Position numbers and translations under genes: made by a program. DNA of 63,620 nucleotides, counting the filler, from Octopus bimaculoides (Eukaryota): the NCBI RefSeq assembly GCF_001194135.2. It is 5 parts of 5 records of this genome, joined end to end, with 100 filler letters (N's around TTAATTAATTAA, not from the genome) between each part and the next. Parts side by side here need not be neighbours in the genome. Positions count along the whole stretch, not along the records: positions 60,251 to 63,620 come from NC_069010.1; 4 more parts are not named here. The stretch is one strand, 5' to 3'. How positions within the stretch are numbered: the stretch's first letter is position 1; each line of letters opens with the position of its first letter. The notes under the pieces are model-generated. The model had not been told where the DNA came from. It made no database searches and was given only the letters and a program-made list of their open reading frames with translations. Positions 61,738 to 63,620 of this stretch are shown here, in pieces.

Positions 61738-61993
61738 ACATGGTTCCGGGTTCAGTCCCACTGCTTGGCACCTTGGGCAAGTGTCTTCTACTATAGCCTC
61801 GGGCCGACCAAAGCCTTGTGAGTGGATTTGGTAGATGGAAACTGAAAGAAGCCCGTCGTATATATGCATAGGCGCAGGAGTGGCTGTGTGGTAAGTAGCT
61901 TGCTTACCAACCACATGGTTCCGGGTTCAGTCCCACTGCTTGGCACCGTGGGCAAGTGTCTTCTACTATAGCCTCGGGCCGACCAAAGCCTTG
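61738..61993 (+). mobile_element. Tandemly duplicated CORE-SINE heads (175-bp period), runs into a gap
   Basis: ACATGGTTCC recurs at 61738 and 61913; both copies carry the variant ACTGCTTGGC. Confidence 0.85.
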
Positions 61994-62808
61994 NNNNNNN
62001 NNNNNNNNNNNNNNNNNNNNNNNNNNNNNNNNNNNNNNNNNNNNNNNNNNNNNNNNNNNNNNNNNNNNNNNNNNNNNNNNNNNNNNNNNNNNNNNNNNNN
62101 NNNNNNNNNNNNNNNNNNNNNNNNNNNNNNNNNNNNNNNNNNNNNNNNNNNNNNNNNNNNNNNNNNNNNNNNNNNNNNNNNNNNNNNNNNNNNNNNNNNN
62201 NNNNNNNNNNNNNNNNNNNNNNNNNNNNNNNNNNNNNNNNNNNNNNNNNNNNNNNNNNNNNNNNNNNNNNNNNNNNNNNNNNNNNNNNNNNNNNNNNNNN
62301 NNNNNNNNNNNNNNNNNNNNNNNNNNNNNNNNNNNNNNNNNNNNNNNNNNNNNNNNNNNNNNNNNNNNNNNNNNNNNNNNNNNNNNNNNNNNNNNNNNNN
62401 NNNNNNNNNNNNNNNNNNNNNNNNNNNNNNNNNNNNNNNNNNNNNNNNNNNNNNNNNNNNNNNNNNNNNNNNNNNNNNNNNNNNNNNNNNNNNNNNNNNN
62501 NNNNNNNNNNNNNNNNNNNNNNNNNNNNNNNNNNNNNNNNNNNNNNNNNNNNNNNNNNNNNNNNNNNNNNNNNNNNNNNNNNNNNNNNNNNNNNNNNNNN
62601 NNNNNNNNNNNNNNNNNNNNNNNNNNNNNNNNNNNNNNNNNNNNNNNNNNNNNNNNNNNNNNNNNNNNNNNNNNNNNNNNNNNNNNNNNNNNNNNNNNNN
62701 NNNNNNNNNNNNNNNNNNNNNNNNNNNNNNNNNNNNNNNNNNNNNNNNNNNNNNNNNNNNNNNNNNNNNNNNNNNNNNNNNNNNNNNNNNNNNNNNNNNN
62801 NNNNNNNG

Positions 62809-62968
62809 TGGCACGTAAAAGCACCCACTATACTCTCGGAGTGGTTGGCATTAGGAAGGGCATCCAGCAGTAGAAACTCTGCCAGATCAGATTGGAGCCT
62901 GGTGTAGCCATCTGGTTCACCAGTCCTCAGTCAAATCGTTCAACCCATGCTAGCATGGAAAGCGGACG
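62809..62968 (+). mobile_element. RTE LINE 3' end
   Basis: Near-identical reverse complement of about 3416-3576. Confidence 0.9.
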
Positions 62969-63230
62969 TGGTGGCAGTGATGGTGGAGGTAGGGATGGTG
63001 GTGCCGATGGTCCATAGTGGTGATGGTGGTGGTAGTGATGATGTGGGGATGGTGGTGGCGGTGGTGTGGGGTAGGGATGGTGGTGGTGGTGGTTTTGGTG
63101 GATGGGTGGGTGGGTATGATAGCAATTATATTTGGTGGTTATAGTGGTACAATTGGCAGCAGGGTAATTACTGGTTCTAGTGTTGTTGTTGTTGTTGTTA
63201 GTGGTGGTGGTGGTAGTGGTGCAGCTGGTA
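62969..63230. repeat. (GGT)n-rich low-complexity tract
   Basis: Seen directly. Confidence 0.85.
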
Positions 63231-63317
63231 ACAACCTTTAATGACCTGAAAGAAAAAGCAATTATCCAGAACAGAGAAAAATTGGTGTCAAGTGATACAC
63301 ACACGTGTGTGTGTGTG

Positions 63318-63465
63318 TGTGGAAAGAAGCTTGCTTACCAACTGCAGAGTTCTAGGTTCAGTCCCAGTATGTGACACCTTGGACAAGTGTCTTCTACTAC
63401 AGCCTCAGGCCGACTAAAGCCTTGTGAGTGGATTTGGTAGAAGGAAACTGAAAGAAGCCTACCAT
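63318..63465 (+). mobile_element. CORE-type SINE head, truncated at the (TA)n
   Basis: Family match. Confidence 0.8.
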
Positions 63466-63620
63466 ATATATATATATATATATATATAATGACCACCTTA
63501 TTTATATATAAAATACAACAATTAGCTGTCATCTTTGATGGTACGGGGCCAGCTAGTAATAATAATGATGATAATAATAATAATAATATACTCATATTTT
63601 GAGTTCTATTTTACCTGTTT

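Noticed and set aside
62969-63230. G-rich tract as a functional G-quadruplex or a His/Pro-rich protein
   Set aside because: It is ordinary (GGT)n low-complexity sequence, as also seen at 1165-1280.

Overview
Eukaryotic, AT-rich, heavily gapped draft-assembly DNA made almost entirely of transposable-element relics and microsatellites. The repeat families (a CORE-type tRNA SINE with an internal (TA)n(TG)n tract, RTE, CR1, R4/Dong, Penelope) look like those of octopus/coleoid cephalopods; this rests on pattern recognition, not a database search. No intact host protein-coding gene, rRNA, true tRNA or CRISPR array is supported, and most ORFs in the track are microsatellite or N-gap artefacts. Recognisable elements: a Helitron helicase C-terminus; a TIR-bounded pogo-like DD35D transposon; Tc1/mariner, piggyBac-type and hAT-type remnants and MITEs; RTE, CR1, R4/Dong and L1/Tx1-like LINE fragments; two different Penelope-like GIY-YIG fragments; and many SINEs. 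The most notable observations are: minimal dimer-type hammerhead-ribozyme motifs in Penelope-like repeats; a CR1 LINE and CORE-SINE sharing a 3' tail; a 420-bp-arm inverted duplication with a nested fold-back; a 40-bp cruciform at a SINE junction; alternating CpG-decayed and CpG-retaining domains; and artificial six-frame-stop linkers in four gaps. I found no clear evidence of a wholly new multi-gene system.
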